DNA of 59,818 bases from Betaproteobacteria bacterium (GTDB lineage Bacteria > Pseudomonadota > Gammaproteobacteria > Burkholderiales > Casimicrobiaceae), in NCBI GenBank assembly GCA_039933715.1, contig JBDTNO010000001.1, positions 1 to 59,818 on the forward strand. The letters are read 5' to 3'. Below are positions 59,070-59,818 of this stretch, piece after piece. The translations under genes and the position numbers were made by a program. The stretch's first letter is position 1; each line of letters begins with the position of its first letter. A model generated the notes under the pieces. The model worked only from the letters and a program-made list of their open reading frames with translations, was not told the origin of the DNA and made no database searches.

Positions 59070-59492
59070 TCAGAACGGTTTCATCACGACGAGGAACACG
59101 ATGCCGATCAGCAGCGGCAGCGCGGGAATCTCGTTGAGCCAGCGGTAGAAGACGTGGCGATGACGGTTGCGATCGGCCGCGAAGGCTTCGACGAGCTTGC
59201 CGAGGTACACGTGGAACGCGACGAGAAACACGACGAGCGCGACTTTCGCGTGCAGCCAGCCCCCGCTGATTCCCCAGTGCAGCCAAAGCGCGAGGCCGAA
59301 CGCGATCGTGAGCACCGCGGCCGGCGTCATGATGCCGCGGTAGAGCTTGCGCTCCATCACCTTGAAGCGCTCGATGCCGACGAGGTCGTCGGGCGCGCAT
59401 TGCGCGTGGTAGACGAACAGCCGCGGCAGGTAGAAGAGCCCCGCGAACCACGTCACCATGAAGATGATGTGCAGCGACTTGACGATCAGCAT
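59070..59492 (-). CDS. hemJ: Protoporphyrinogen oxidase HemJ
   Basis: KSLHII..VTWFAGLFYLPRLFVYH, MERKLY, WLHAK, NEIP, KPF. Confidence 0.92.
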   Translation of the reverse strand: MLIVKSLHIIFMVTWFAGLFYLPRLFVYHAQCAPDDLVGIERFKVMERKLYRGIMTPAAVLTIAFGLALWLHWGISGGWLHAKVALVVFLVAFHVYLGKLVEAFAADRNRHRHVFYRWLNEIPALPLLIGIVFLVVMKPF

Positions 59493-59585
59493 GACGTCCC
59501 CGTCCGACGGCCCTCGGGCGCGCTCCGCGTTACCCGGGGGCAGAGCCGATGCTCTGGTCCCGGGCATGAAGGACGGCGGGGGGGC

Positions 59586-59818
59586 TCACTTGAGCAACCG
59601 CCGCCGCGTCAGCACCAGCGCGACGTAGTACGCGCCGATCGCGTACGCGACGAGCACCGCCACATGCAGCAGCACCGCATCCGGCAGGCGCGCCAGCATC
59701 AGCGGCCGCGCGAGGTCGATCGCATGCTTGAGCGGCAGCACGTTCGAGACCGCGGCGAGCCAGCCGGGCATCTGGTCGACCGGGAAGTAGACGCCGGAGA
59801 GGAGCAGCATCGGCGTGA
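59586..59818 (-). CDS. ABC-2 type transporter permease, NodJ-like (5' truncated by window edge)
   Basis: TPMLLLSGVYFP, LPLKHAIDLARP, RRRLLK C-terminus. Confidence 0.82.
   Translation of the reverse strand, partial: TPMLLLSGVYFPVDQMPGWLAAVSNVLPLKHAIDLARPLMLARLPDAVLLHVAVLVAYAIGAYYVALVLTRRRLLK

Overview
High-GC chromosomal window with a betaproteobacterial gene order (inferred from synteny; no database search was possible). The housekeeping backbone is: the end of a cfa / chalcone-isomerase-like / SDR / SnoaL cluster, tRNA-Met, SAH riboswitch-ahcY-panE-like-metF, ilvD, DMT/LysR, lgt, fxsA/cutA/dsbD-N/tlpA, aroQ-accB-accC-prmA, sigma54/NtrC-controlled glnA-glnL-glnG, xth, hppD, prlC, murU-amgK, lptD-surA, rlmL-like, hemJ and an ABC permease. 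Accessory features of most interest: (1) three tandem paralogous exported proteins with six conserved cysteines and an invariant C-terminal DPFIKNG, placed just after tRNA-Met and converging on a class III cyclase-STAND ATPase-TPR gene; (2) a MerR-like HTH plus VIT-vWA pair with a palindrome-containing, apparently leaderless promoter; (3) a tfoX-family gene bracketed by two near-identical 164-bp MITE-like hairpin elements; (4) a GH42-like membrane-anchored protein plus two acyltransferase-3 genes after surA; (5) an HMG-CoA lyase remnant still coupled to a CoA-transferase operon. No CRISPR array, rRNA, integrase or transposase was seen. Most long ORFs in the six-frame track are GC-rich shadow ORFs.
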